A stretch of 64,000 bases of DNA. It comes from Octopus sinensis. Taxonomy: Eukaryota. The notes beneath the pieces are model-generated. The model worked only from the letters and a program-made list of their open reading frames with translations, had not been told where the DNA came from and did no database searches. Every line of letters begins with the position of its first letter. Position 1 is the stretch's first letter. Positions 51,651-64,000 of the stretch are shown piece after piece. A program made the position numbers and the translations under genes. The DNA is taken from positions 45,260,001-45,324,000 of the forward strand of contig NC_043002.1 in assembly GCF_006345805.1 (NCBI RefSeq), given 5' to 3'.

Positions 51651-53778
51651 CATTGGTCAACAAAATTAAATGTATTATACTCATTATGAATGGAAACCAA
51701 CTTTGTTAGACTAATTTTTCATGCTGATTTCAAACTTTCACTCCATTTGTATGCAGCACTCATCAGTTTTTCAGTAGATACATGCAAATATTTACATATT
51801 TGTAAGTAAATGAATTTATAGAGTTAAAATCATTACTATCATTCTACAAAGAGTGAATATACAAAAAAATGGTGAAATCTTTCACTGTGTTCATCAGACA
51901 CTGTTCAAAGGTTATCTGCGAAGAAATCCAGATGGGAGTCCAAGAAATGACCTTTCGGGGATATGCGACAACCTATTGCTGAGTAACATTTCAGAAGATT
52001 CTTGATGCCATCTTTGTAGTCCGTCGCCTCCATGTAGCCCAAGAAATTCTCACAGATCCAGTTGAAAGCATTCCAGGCAGGCAGTTCCAGTTCATCCAGC
52101 GTTGTCTTGAATTTGACATCTTTGAGGACTTCTCTAACATGGGGTCCGACAAAAATACTCTCTTTCAACTTCGCCTGTGTGATTTTGGGAAACTTTTCTA
52201 CAATATACTCAAGCCCTCTGACATTTCTTTTCCCTAGTGTCGTTACAAACTCTTTCATCAGTTCAAGCTTTATGTGCAAAGTGGACATTACATGGATCTA
52301 CAAGAGGTGTGTTCTTGACGCTAGATAGTCCTAGCTGGTATGATGTTCTTGTCTGCCAGTTTGATTCCAAATAATGTCTGTCGGTTGCCCGACTATCTCA
52401 AAAAACACAAGAAACAACAGTATTTTGTGAAACCTGACTGCATTCCAATGACTTTTAAATCTCCACATATTTTCCCTGAGTATCTTTCATAGGCAATGGC
52501 ATGAAGGGAAAGCTCCATATTATCATATGGTTCATAAAGATGAACGAAGTGTGCAATAGAAATGGAGAGCTTCAAATTACCATTATGGAGAAGTACAGCT
52601 TACCATTATTATTATTACCATTATGGGGAAGTACAAAACTTCGTTTTGAAGAGTCCATAAACAAACGCCACTCTGTAGGATTATGATTTTATGATAAACA
52701 TTCGGAAAGTCCATCGATGTTACTGCAAAAGCAAAGCAAGCCTTCAATAGAAAAACACGTTTGTAGAACCACATTTCTCTGCCGAAAATAAGTTATATGA
52801 ACACCGTTCTCTAGCAGATACTTCTCCTGTCTTGATGCCAACAGTTGCTGCTTTATCTTCTGATAGGGATAGGTCTCTGACAAGGTTATTCAGTTCAGCT
52901 TGGGAAAATTTCCGAGGTTGAAAGCTATCGTCATCAGCCACGTAATCTTTCGCAGCAGTGCTATGGTGACAGTCAGTATCATCATCTGATGTTTCAACAC
53001 CATCATCTGGTGAAACTGGAATTGGCAGACTTCCATTGTGAGGCACAGGTCTCATTGCAGAATCCAAATTAGGATACATAATTTTGTGTTTATTCTTCAT
53101 AGAAAATCCTGTGACATTTACTTTGCAAAAATAACTAATTAAAATGGTCTTTCAGCTTCCTGCATATCATTGGAATGGCAAAAGGCATGGACTTCTTCTT
53201 ATTGAACTAGTCACGTAAGCCAGTTGATAAATTTTAAAGCTGAGCAGATAAAATGTGGTGGCCATAACTTGTCCTGATCTCCAAGAGGAGAATCAAACTA
53301 CAGCTTATAAATTGTCTTTATCTCTGGTGTTATTGTACGTTTTTGAGCTTTCACAATAAATTGTCCACAGACATAACAAAACACATCAGGACGATTTTTC
53401 TACACCGTCTTGACATTGTAAACACTGTAAAACAAGCAAGGAAATAGATACAAACGGTTATACTTATATTGAATTTGAGATGATGAAATATTTCATCAGA
53501 CCAATTATGACTGGACAATTTGAGATGTTGAAATCCCTATTTTATCAGACAAAACTTTATTGATTAATTTAAGCTGATGAAATACTGCATCTGAACTATG
53601 CAGCAATGAATAATGTAGTTTATTTTAAAGGTATGTTTCCATGATGTAAATTAAATACATGCATACACGTCATTAATTGGAATTTCTATATAGTGCATGA
53701 GCTAAAACCAATAAACTTTCTCATCTCGAAAATCAGAATTATGAAAAATACTTGATGAAAAATACTTGTTGACCAGTG
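51651..53778 (-). mobile_element. Chapaev3 (CMC) DNA transposon, degenerate, both ends present
   Basis: TIR ca(c/t)tggtcaacaa at both ends; NRPDVFCYVCG..LGDQDK.W.PH, YPNLDSAMRPVPH, LHIKL.LMK.FV, IFVGP, HFLDSHLDFF, SDEHSERFH. Confidence 0.8.
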
Positions 53779-54399
53779 TAATTTGACCGTGTCCGACATA
53801 AGAACTTCCGAGCTGTGTTATCTGCGTATAAATCCCTGGTCTTTTGGGTCGAAACTTTATTGCCAGGCCCCTCATGTACAGCGAAAAGGAAAAGTCTCTA
53901 ACCTACATCTATCAATTCTATGAGCCTCAGAGATCAGTTATGCCCTCAGCACTTTAATTTTGTGTCACTTTTAACAACACAATAAAGCTCATGCTACTCT
54001 TTCGATCTTTTCTAACGGTCCATACACACAAGTCATCTACACACAGCAGCACAGCTAAAGTGAGCTGGGATCTTAAAAATAATCTCCAATAGAGATAAAG
54101 CGGTCGTATTCTTCAGCTGTATGAAAGCAAATTTTATACATACTCAGGAAAAATCTTGTCTCACGTTCCAAACTTGTGACTGACATAAACAATTAAAACC
54201 CTTTAACACACTATGAATTTTAGACCTCCTGGTTTTGTTCATCTTTCATGGCAACCTCACATATATAACATACACAAAAATGAATTCCAAGGACTAGGCT
54301 TCCTCTCCACAACCAAAAAACAAAAGAACTTTCAGACTTAACTAGTAGCTAACTCCTTGCAAAGCTCAATTAAGACCCAAATTACGCTACAGCTCACAT

Positions 54400-54800
54400 A
54401 TATTAGATGATGCTGCAACTACACAACTATCGTAGATATCAAAAACGAAGCCATCCAGCTGATTGGGGAAAGCTCACTCATCAATAGACTACAATCACTG
54501 GTCGACAAATGCACTACCATTTTTTCCCTGCCTTTTCTACAGATATTACAACAGTTTCTGTTCCTTAGAAATAGCAAATTACATAGTCTCTTTACCCAGG
54601 ACCATCATACTCACGCCTAGCTCATTTTCCATTTGCCTTATTCATCCCCAATACGTTCATGCACAAAGCACTTCGTTCACTCCACCTTCCTCAAAAATGC
54701 ACCTCGCTGATATACTTTGCTCAATCACTTATTCCCAACATATATCGACTAACAGATGTTCAAATAAAACTTAATTTGCATCGATCTCACCACTCTAAAA
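54400..54800 (+). mobile_element. Degenerate CR1/L2-group LINE 3' end
   Basis: QNEAIQLIG..L...LQSL, FYRYY..FCS.E, HLFP....QMFK across frames. Confidence 0.5.
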
Positions 54801-55815
54801 CGGCCAGCAAATGTTATAATTACTCCTCCACTTACAAACGGTAAGCTAAAAATACTTATCTAATAAATGTGGTTTCATTTCATGCTAAAATAATTGTGTG
54901 TGTGCGCGCGCGCGCATGTATATGTGTGTGCATAATTGTGAATTTGGAAGGATATATTATCCGGGCGGATACCGTGGTGGCTCTCAGCTGAGCTCCAGTT
55001 GCAGCTAGCTACATCGATCAGTATTTAACGTCTGTGACTATTATTAGTTGTAAGTCACTCCGTGAATTCTTCCGCTGGGTAATTCTGTACTTGCTTCGCT
55101 GGACAGTAATATTATCCGGAGTATATAGTTGTAAGTCTCCATACTCTATATAATATAAACATACAACATATATATATCGATTAAATAGAGAGATTCAACT
55201 GACAATCAAATAATTTATTCATAACATAATATAAGATAACATTAAAAATCAAAACACGACAACAATTTGTTTCGATTTATATATATGATTTGATTTATAA
55301 GTAATTCATATCCAATTATATAAGTCTCTTCACAGCTTTGGTTTAAAAACAGACGAAATTCCGTGTGAAAGGACGGCTGGATTGCAAAAAAATTATTTCA
55401 AATGCCTATGTTTATGAGCGTGAGCGTTAACTTTTCAACTATATAACAATTACAATTAAAAAAAAACAATTTTATTAACGTCTCTAGATTAAGTAAGACT
55501 CTGGTAATTAATTTATATATGTATATATTGTTACTTAATTTATATACTTATATATTGTTGTTGTATGTTATTTAAGTAGCCAACAAATTGTTGGCTTCTT
55601 TGGTTTTTTTCAATAAATTTTTATGTTATATTATATTCATGGCATATTAAGTTATATGATAATATAAATAATCTGATTGTCAATTGAATCTCTCTATTTG
55701 ATTTATTGTTTGTAATTTGCATTATACCCTTATTTATGTGGTATTCAACTGACGTTCCAGTGAACTGGAGGTTTTACACAGCCCTTTACAGGATTTCTTT
55801 TACTCAGTTTGTTAC

Positions 55816-55902
<87 letters not shown>

Positions 55903-56067
55903 TTGTATACTGTCAACTTAATGTGACAGTCCCATAAAGGGAATTGAATCACACTACTGCTATTTAGCCCTAGGAAGCAGCAACGCTTCCTGTCGGCCTT
56001 GACAGATTTCCTGTGTCATTATGTTTACAAGGGGGAGACAAGCACCCCCACCCAGCTAAGCCTGCAT

Positions 56068-56108
56068 CCAGAGACTAGTTTCTGAGTCTTTCCTCGTCAT
56101 CAGTCTGG
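56068..56108 (-). ncRNA. Minimal hammerhead ribozyme motif, GUC cleavage triplet
   Basis: CCAGA-CUGAUGA-C-GAG-GAAAGA-CUC-A-GAA-ACUAGU-C-UCUGG; perfect stem I, 6-nt palindrome ACUAGU; C.A mismatch closing stem II. Confidence 0.7.
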
Positions 56109-56243
56109 AGTAGCATGGCCTGCTAGTTGGAGATGCCTGACTCTTGTAAACATATACGAATTCTAGTGAAATAAATCTACTGATGGCAAAAAATAGAAAT
56201 AATGCATTTCTAAATTCTCAGAGAGATATTCTAAATATCTCAT

Positions 56244-56329
<86 letters not shown>

Positions 56330-56334
<5 letters not shown>

Positions 56335-56490
56335 ACAGGCTTCTTTCAATTTGTCTACGAAATCTACTTACAAGGCTTTGGTCGGCCCGAGGCTATAGTA
56401 GTAGACACCTACCTACCCAACGTGTTACGCCTTGAGACTGAAGCCAGAACCATGTGGTTGGGAAGTAAGATTCTTACCACATAGCCACGC
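56330..56490 (-). mobile_element. SINE family B head half
   Basis: Matches 1805-1969. Confidence 0.75.
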
Positions 56491-57544
56491 TTGGTATCTG
56501 CGTGTGCGTGCGTGTGTATGTGTGTATGTGTGTGTATGTTGAAATATGTAATGAGACTGTTTTTCATACATGAACTATGTTGACCTTTGACTGGATAGAG
56601 TCAGCTGTTTCTTTTTATGATAGCTAAACCATGGAAAAGTATTCTACAGAAGACGAAATGGCAACAATATAATAATGGAGGTTGTTTTCTGTTCATTGAA
56701 ATGGTTATCTTCTTTTATATTAAAAAAAATCAAATAGGAACCCAGTGTCGATAGAAAAACATATCTTCTCCTTGCAACAGCTATCACTCCGAAGCAACCG
56801 ATCTGGAAAAAAAGATAAATGCGAAGGGAGGAAGAAAAATAGGTTCTCGAAAACAAAAAAAAATTACTTAAATGTTTCTGTGTTTACTTGTGTTTTTTTT
56901 TTAATTTCCCGTTTGGCAATTCATATTCAACATAAAAATAATTGAATGAGTAATATGATATTTTACTGAGCTCTTTCATTGTTTTTCCTCGCCTTTACTG
57001 CAATATATTCGTGGACGTTATAACGTGGGATGAAAATAAACCTTTGAACAATAGCAACCAGCATAAATATAAAGAAAAATAAGAACAGCAAAAATTACTG
57101 TTGTTATAAATAAGGAAATGAAAAATTATTACAAAATATCACAAAAAGTAAAATAAAGTTTTATAACGAAAAGTAATTTTAGAGTATTGTTGAAATTGTT
57201 GCTGCCAAAACCTAAGTATTGACACCTTCTACAGAGTGATTTTAACCAAGAAATGTTGTTTGGGGATAAAATTAATCAAAGCATTTGAATACTTCTCCAT
57301 ACTGAATTTACTTTATAGCCGAGTTCTGTACAAAGAAAGAAATAACTCAAAACAATTTACATCCCTTGTGCTTTGTTTTTGTTTTGATACAAATAACATT
57401 ACCTATCGAGCGTTGTTTCATTTTCTTCTGTTTAATTTGAATGTCACTTTTAACATAATTTGTACATGAAATACAGCAGCACGTTAGAACAATTGAGGTT
57501 TAATATTTCCTGGAAATAGAAACTTGCAGCATCCACGCAAAACA

Positions 57545-57970
57545 TTAGCAACATATTTCTTATTTCTTTATTGCCCACAAGGATCTATACATAGAGGGGA
57601 CAAACAAGGACAGACAAACGGATTAAATCGATTATATCGAACCCAGTGCGTAACTGGTACTTAATTTATCGACCCCGAAAGGATGAAGGGTAAAGTCAAC
57701 CTCGGTGGAATTCAGAACGTAACGACAAACGAAATACCTATTTCTTTACTACCCACAAGGGGCTAAACACAGAGGGGACAAACAAGGACAGACAAACAGA
57801 TTAAGTCGGTTATATCAACCCCAGTGCGTAACTGGTACTTATTTAATCGACCCCGAAAGGATGAAAGGCAAAGTCGACCTCGGCGGAATTTGAACTCAGA
57901 ACGTAGCGGCAGACGTAATACCGCTAAGCATTTCGCCCGGCGTGCTAACGTTTCGGCCAGCTCACCGCCT
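57545..57970 (-). mobile_element. SINE family A head-to-tail dimer (5'-truncated plus full copy)
   Basis: Two collinear copies joined at gaaatacc|tatttc (~57738). Confidence 0.88.
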
Positions 57971-58477
57971 TTGTTTTTATTAATATTGAAATACTTAGTG
58001 GGACAGTTTGTTTTGTTTTGTTTGGGTTTTTTAATGAATTCTTTCGATATGCAACGGAATATAGTCAGCAATGTGTGCCCTCCACAGCATCCACCAAACC
58101 ATTAGCTATCTTAGAACCAACAACAAAAAAAGAAAAAAGCCTTTATACAATCATTCGGCCAGCTAGAAATGGCAGTAAAATTCCCTCAAATTACATCGGA
58201 AGAAAAACAACTTTGGACAATGTAGTTCCAAACATACAAAAAATGTTTTTACCGCTGGAATATGTTTGATCATAGGTCTGCTAAATTATAGATGACCTGG
58301 GGTTAAACAAGAACAAGCGTAGAATAAAGAAAATCAACTATAAATTACAGAGTTAGTAGTTGTTGATGTTTAGACCCAGGTCTGATCTGATCAAGCATAC
58401 CTCTGATAAAAAGTGTTCCATGCGTAACCAATCCGTCTCTTCTTTGAAATGGTCGATCTACGACTACATCATCCTAT

Positions 58478-58729
58478 TGTAGTGAAAATGGTACACCCCT
58501 TCCCATGTGAAAAAGTGGTATGACTCAGCCACTATAAAGTCAGACAGTCAGTCGTTGTAGAAAGCCAGTAGTAGTAGAGTCGTTGTACGAGTTCTCAGTT
58601 GGAGTCAGTGTCACTTATGTCAACGTAGACGTTTCAAAGTCATTGTCTTGCGAAGCTATAATCAATAGCACGATACACGAGTCGAAGGTAATAAGACGCC
58701 GAATACCGCCACAACATAATAGTGGCGAC
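58478..58729 (+). mobile_element. Possible LTR (TG...CA, 239 bp) followed by a PBS-like tggcgac
   Basis: Starts tgtagtg, TATAAA at ~58533, ends ccacaaca (58716), then taatag-tggcgac. Confidence 0.4.
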
Positions 58730-59779
58730 AATATTACAGTGCCGACAATAACATACAGGTGAACGAGGATCCACATTACAACTTATTTAAATCGGTAGAG
58801 TACGATTTGAGGGAGATTTCACTTGTTATTTCGAGCAGCTAATTCAAATTCCTTTTGGATCAGCAGAATCAGAAATTTGTGTTGTAACGAGTTGAATAGA
58901 AAGCATAAGCCAAATTTTCCTTTGTTGTATGTTGTGCGTATATAGAATGTATTGTATGTATTTAGGTAAATTAGTTTTCTGAGGGATGTTTAGATTAACG
59001 TTTTAAGTTGAGCATCTCTGACGAATTACCCTGCGCGAAACGTCAGCTTCTGTTACTTTGTACATCACACTTCTGACATTACAGAAGTTAAGCAATAATT
59101 ATGATAACGAGGATGATCAATTTAATGAGGTGTTGAAGCAATCCCCATATTGTTATTGACAGCATCAGTAGAGACGTAACTAAATACTTGTTTTGTGACA
59201 TTTGTCTCCTTGCGTTCGAAGTTCAAATCTCAATTAGGTCAACATTATCTTTCATCCTTCCTGGTGCCGATAAAAAAATGTACCAGCCAAATGTTGGAGT
59301 GATATAATCGATTTTAAACTCCAATAAAATTTTATGGGCTTGCCTGTATGATAGAAATATTTGTGTGTTTTACTAATGCTGTACTAAAGATTAAATCGTT
59401 GCTATTATGTTAAACTGTCGTATGTCCAAATTTGACCAAATACGCTTTTTCAATATCTATTTTTGCTTGCAATAGCCGGTTCTCTTGGTCAAACTATCGT
59501 ATCTCCAGCTACTTCAGATGCCAAGATATGAAAATTGTCAAAATGTAGTGCAACGGTTTTGCTAATGTAAAAAAAGAAATGGAATGGTGAAACTATTTTT
59601 TCGTTTTCAGATAAAGCAACATTTTGGATTTACGACACTTTAGCATAATAGCAACGAAATGCATTTACGAAGCAACACTCGTTTATTTCGCCTGAATCAT
59701 TTACAATGATTGATTTTTTTAATGGCACAAGATCACACTCTCGTATATATTATAAATATACATACACACATACTATGCT

Positions 59780-60415
59780 GAAGAATTGAGGAATCTACAG
59801 CTACTCTATCCAGCTTACAAGTTCAGGTTTATACCTGTAATTAGTGGAGCACGGCGATATGTAACACACTGCCTAAATACCAATCTTGAGAAATTAGGCT
59901 TCTCAAAACCAGAAAAGAGAAAGCTGATTCGAAGACTACTCAAAACCAGAAAAGAGGAAGCTGATTCCAAGCCATCACTGAAACTGTAAAACCTGTAAAA
60001 CTTTCCAAGAGTTTATCATTTAAGTATATACGACCATATCTAGACATGCAACTCTATGCATGAGTGTACATGCATAAAACAAAATATATAAATCTGTACA
60101 TGTACATACATACATACATACATACATACATACATACATACATACATACATACATACATACATACATACATAATACCCTATTGATGTTGTTGAAATTCCA
60201 ATGAAGGAGCCTTGACTCTAGGTTAGAAATTGGCTCTTTCTCTATTGACGAGAAATCTTGAAATAAAACTGAATAAAACGTACATATATTCATACAAAAA
60301 TACCCAGCTGATGTTGAAATTTCGATGAAGGAGCCTTGAATCTTGGTTAGAAACCGGCTTTTCCTCTTTTGACAAGAAATATTGAAATAACTGAATAATG
60401 ACATATATACATACA
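59780..60415 (+). mobile_element. RLE-LINE 3' end (same family as 7657-8030) with duplicated terminus
   Basis: RNLQLLYPAYKFRFIPVISGARRYVTHCLNTNLEKLGFSK; terminal ~120 bp present twice (60175-60280 and 60300-60400); internal (TACA)n. Confidence 0.75.
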
Positions 60416-60819
60416 AAATGGTTAAACAAATTAATTATTTATAATAAACGAAAATTGCTTCCTGAGTCAATCTATCCTTTTATTAAATGTCTTTAAAAAG
60501 TTCTTTTTAAATCATTCATCTTTTAGCAGCAGCCTTCACTCGAAAGGAACCGATTAAGGCCGCAGGCTGAACATAGCATGAAAGATAAGCCACTATATTA
60601 ATCCAAAACTTTGTGAGAAGTTACAGCAGTTAAAAAATAATATTTTATGGGAGTTTTGCTTTGATCGGTGATTGTGGTTCATGCAAAATTTATTAATAAA
60701 TAATTACAGGAAAGAAAGGCGTTGAATTACTTACACTGTCATAAGATCTAACATGCTGGTAGCATTTGTTGCTATGTCGGTCAATACACAGCGATGGTTA
60801 TTAATATCTACAAAAGCTA

Positions 60820-61010
60820 AGGCGACGAACCAGCAGAATCGTTACTGCGCCGGACAAAATGCTTAGCAGTATTTCGTCCGTCTCTACGTTCTGAGTTCAA
60901 ATTCCACCGACGTTGACTTTACCTTCCATCCTTTTGGGATCGATGGTAAAATAAGTACTAGTGTGAACACTAGGGTCGATGTAATCGATTTATCCCCTTC
61001 CCTGAAATTG
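60820..61010 (+). mobile_element. SINE family A
   Basis: Head, body and tail. Confidence 0.8.
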
Positions 61011-61124
61011 ATTCAATATGAACAAAATGGTACGTCTTTTTTTCATTGACCCACGTCAAACGTTGTCTCAGTTGTGCATGGTTGGCACCTTCTTGTGTAG
61101 CAACTATTTTTCTTAATTCTTTTA

Positions 61125-61340
61125 TCGTTTTATTTGTTTCAGTCATTAAACTGTGGCCATGCTGGGGCACTGTCTTTAAGAATTTTAGTCGAATGAATCA
61201 ACCCCAGTACTTTTCTGTTATTTTTTATGCTTGGTACATATTCTGTCTTTCACTTTAGCCAAACTGCTAAGTTACGGGGACGTAAACACACCAACACCGG
61301 TTGTCAAGCGGTGATAGGGGACAAACACAGACACAAAGAC
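61125..61340 (-). mobile_element. SINE family B tail half
   Basis: Reverse complement of the family B tail. Confidence 0.75.
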
Positions 61341-61479
61341 ACATACATACATACATACATACATACATACATACATACATACATACATACATACATACAT
61401 ACTCAGAGGAATCTGGACACAGCTGTGCTGTTCTCCAAATTAAATATTTACAAGTTGCAACAACTGAAGTAGCACTCTA

Positions 61480-61850
61480 TGTGCAAGGGTTGTACTGAAA
61501 GTAATGCAAAAGTAATCATAACATTTTTTTATCAACTGATCTGAGTCGTCCGAATTGCAGCTATTAGTGGAACAACTTTTCCTCTATAGTAACTTTATTT
61601 CTTATACTTCTTCGTGGTAAGCAAATAATAATTTCCAAACAGAAGCAGAAGCAACGAGCCGTCATTAACTTCTTAGCAAAAAGTGAGGGTACAGACTTCC
61701 CAACAGCCACAGGAAGCTACATGTTGTTTACAGAAATGACATCATTGACAAAACAATGTACACAAATGGATGAAGATATTCAGGAAGAAAAGCATCGTGA
61801 TCTAAGACCATCACTTGCAACCGCTGACCCAAATCGTCAGCGATTGAATG
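61480..61850 (+). mobile_element. Degenerate mariner 5' fragment
   Basis: caagggttgtactgaaagtaatg end-like sequence; KQRAVINFL..., VYRND.ID...WMKIFR. Confidence 0.5.
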
Positions 61851-63787
61851 AATAATTACACGTATTTGTATAGATACATAGGTATGTATAAGTGTATATG
61901 TGTTAATACATATGTATATATACATGTACATTTATATAGTCATTTATGCAAAAAAAAATAACTGTTAAAAAGAGAAGACCAACAGCCAATCGGCAGGCGC
62001 ATGCCAATGAACAAACACAAGCATGAGACCACAACCATACAAACTAATATAAATATATCTCAAATAACAATGTTGTAACAATTCTCGCCAAAAGATCGTA
62101 GTGGCGTGAAACTCAAGCCGCGAGATAAAAATTCAGTTACGATTAATAAATGCACGTGCGTATTTATATACACAAACAAATGTACGCATTCATATATCGA
62201 AACTGGATATATATATATACTTGTATAACAATGCTGGTACTACTCAGTACCTTCTGTCACTTTAGTGACGTCTATAATTTTGCCTTTAGGTTGTTAAATT
62301 GCTAATAAGCTACCAAAATATATATTTATATATATATACTACTAATATAGGATGAATTTTTTTTAGAGAAAAAAATTTCTTCATATTAAAATACCTTTAA
62401 AGGTTAAAATTATGCCAATATGCTGATAACAGACTTTTAAATCGTCAATTTCCATATATTATTATATACCCACTACAGAAATACGTTGTGCTGAAATCGA
62501 GGAAGTGTGTGTGTGTGTGTATGCACTGCACACACACACACACACACATATGTATTTGTGGAAGTCGTTGCTACAAACGTTAAAGAAGTAGAAATAACAA
62601 GGTGATGATATAAAATAGCACTGGCGTCACTTGGTTTGAGAGTAAGCTCGTCTGTCGTCGAAATCAAAGAATTTCATTTTGTGCCATTCGAACGTCACGA
62701 ATATCACATGAAGTGTGATATTCGCTGCAATGGCACAAGACAAATATCTTGCTTTCTGATCTCAGATAAGTAAATAGAATACGATGAATAGTTTCCAGTA
62801 CACTCTGTAAGTATCGTAAATGTAAGTATCTATACAAGTGACTGAATGAATTTACTATATTAATGCATATACACGCGAGTGTCTGTAAATATGTGTATGT
62901 AAATGTGTGTATTTATATGTATGCGTAACAATTTAATGTAAGCAATATTTTAGTTTTCTACTTTTCTCTTTCCCTTCTTCAAATAATGCTTGTGTAATAA
63001 AGAAAATGATTAAGATAAGTCACGTAAGAAGATAAGTTAGTGATTAATTCGTGGCCTAGAAAATATTTTCGATTATTTTAACTATATCACAGTTCTAGAA
63101 ACGACAATCAATGTGACGTTATTCCAAACTAGAGATAACGAAAGTTCTCTCGCAGCTTTATCCCATTATTTGTTTACACACTGTCCAGCACGTCAACAAT
63201 AAAAGATAAAGGGATTATCGTGACTGTAGAGATAAGTTAATAAATATTCTACAGATTTATCCGAGGAAAACTTTCAGTGATTTTACTCGAGGGTTATGAG
63301 AATTATTATACCAACAGCCTACAGTAATGCAAAAGGAGATAAAGATAACATAGGTAACTTTGAAAGGTAATCTGAAGTATAGGTACTACAAAGAAGAATT
63401 AACGAACAGCAGCTGAAATTATCAGAATCTATCTTCAGAACCGTTAAACATTAATTATCTGAAAGATTTGCGGAGGCCGTAAGGTATTAGTGATACCCTC
63501 TACTGTGATTTTTGACCGATACCCTGAAAGTTTCGCTGACGGTGTGTACTATAGAAAGTGCTAAATAGAAAATACACCCAGGCGTAAACTATCGATGTAA
63601 GTGGCGGAAGAACAGTATGATTTTTTTTCGAGTGTTGCATTGATGTACTATGTATGCTAGGTTCAAATCACATCATAAATGTAACTAAGCAGCACTAATC
63701 TCCAATACACGATTACGAAATATCAAGCGATTCACCCCTTCTTACAGTTTCTAACACACACACACACACACACACACATATATCGGT

Positions 63788-63845
<58 letters not shown>

Positions 63846-63846
<1 letters not shown>

Positions 63847-64000
63847 TCTTTTATTTGTTTCAGTCATTTGACTGCGGCCATGCTGGAGCACCGCCTTTAG
63901 TTGAGCAAATCGACCCCGGGACTTATTCTTTGTAAGCCCAGTACTTATTCTATCGGTCACTTTTGCCGAACCGCTATGTGACGGGGACATAAACACACCA
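63846..64000 (-). mobile_element. SINE family B tail, cut by the window edge
   Basis: Reverse complement of 5545-5700. Confidence 0.85.

Noticed and set aside
59016-59047. CUGACGA...GAA-ACGU-C hammerhead-like string
   Set aside because: Core and palindrome are present but stem II does not pair and stem I is only 2 bp
60735-60807. Minus-strand exon-like segment (INNHRCVLTDIATNATSMLDLMT) with ttttgtag and gtaagt
   Set aside because: Opposite strand to the better candidates, acceptor abuts a SINE, no supporting partner exon; could be chance

Overview
AT-rich eukaryotic genomic DNA packed with microsatellites ((TA)n, (TG)n, (TACA)n, (AGAT)n, (ATT)n) and transposons. The SINE families and repeat landscape suggest an octopus (coleoid cephalopod) genome; this is an inference, and no database search was run. 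No complete host gene is visible. Two short + strand segments with strong splice signals (10889-10965 and 49065-49103) are phase-compatible, so the window may lie mostly inside very large introns. Recognisable elements: many tRNA-derived SINE copies (several families), CR1/L2-group LINE pieces (including a 616-aa RT ORF), a near full-length Dong/R4-type RLE LINE in (TAA)n, 3' ends of a second RLE-LINE family in (TACA)n, several Penelope-like elements (PLE), and five TIR DNA transposons (Tc1 DD34E, DD41D, two mariners, Chapaev3). The least obvious signals are (i) at least six sequence-distinct minimal hammerhead-ribozyme motifs in PLE-type terminal repeats, (ii) a repeated hammerhead-shaped motif in the 3' end of the RLE-LINE family, and (iii) two SINE insertions carrying inverted copies of nearby genomic DNA at their 5' junctions. 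Most short ORFs in the supplied track are microsatellite artefacts. Repeat boundaries were placed by eye and are approximate unless TIR or TSD sequences are quoted.
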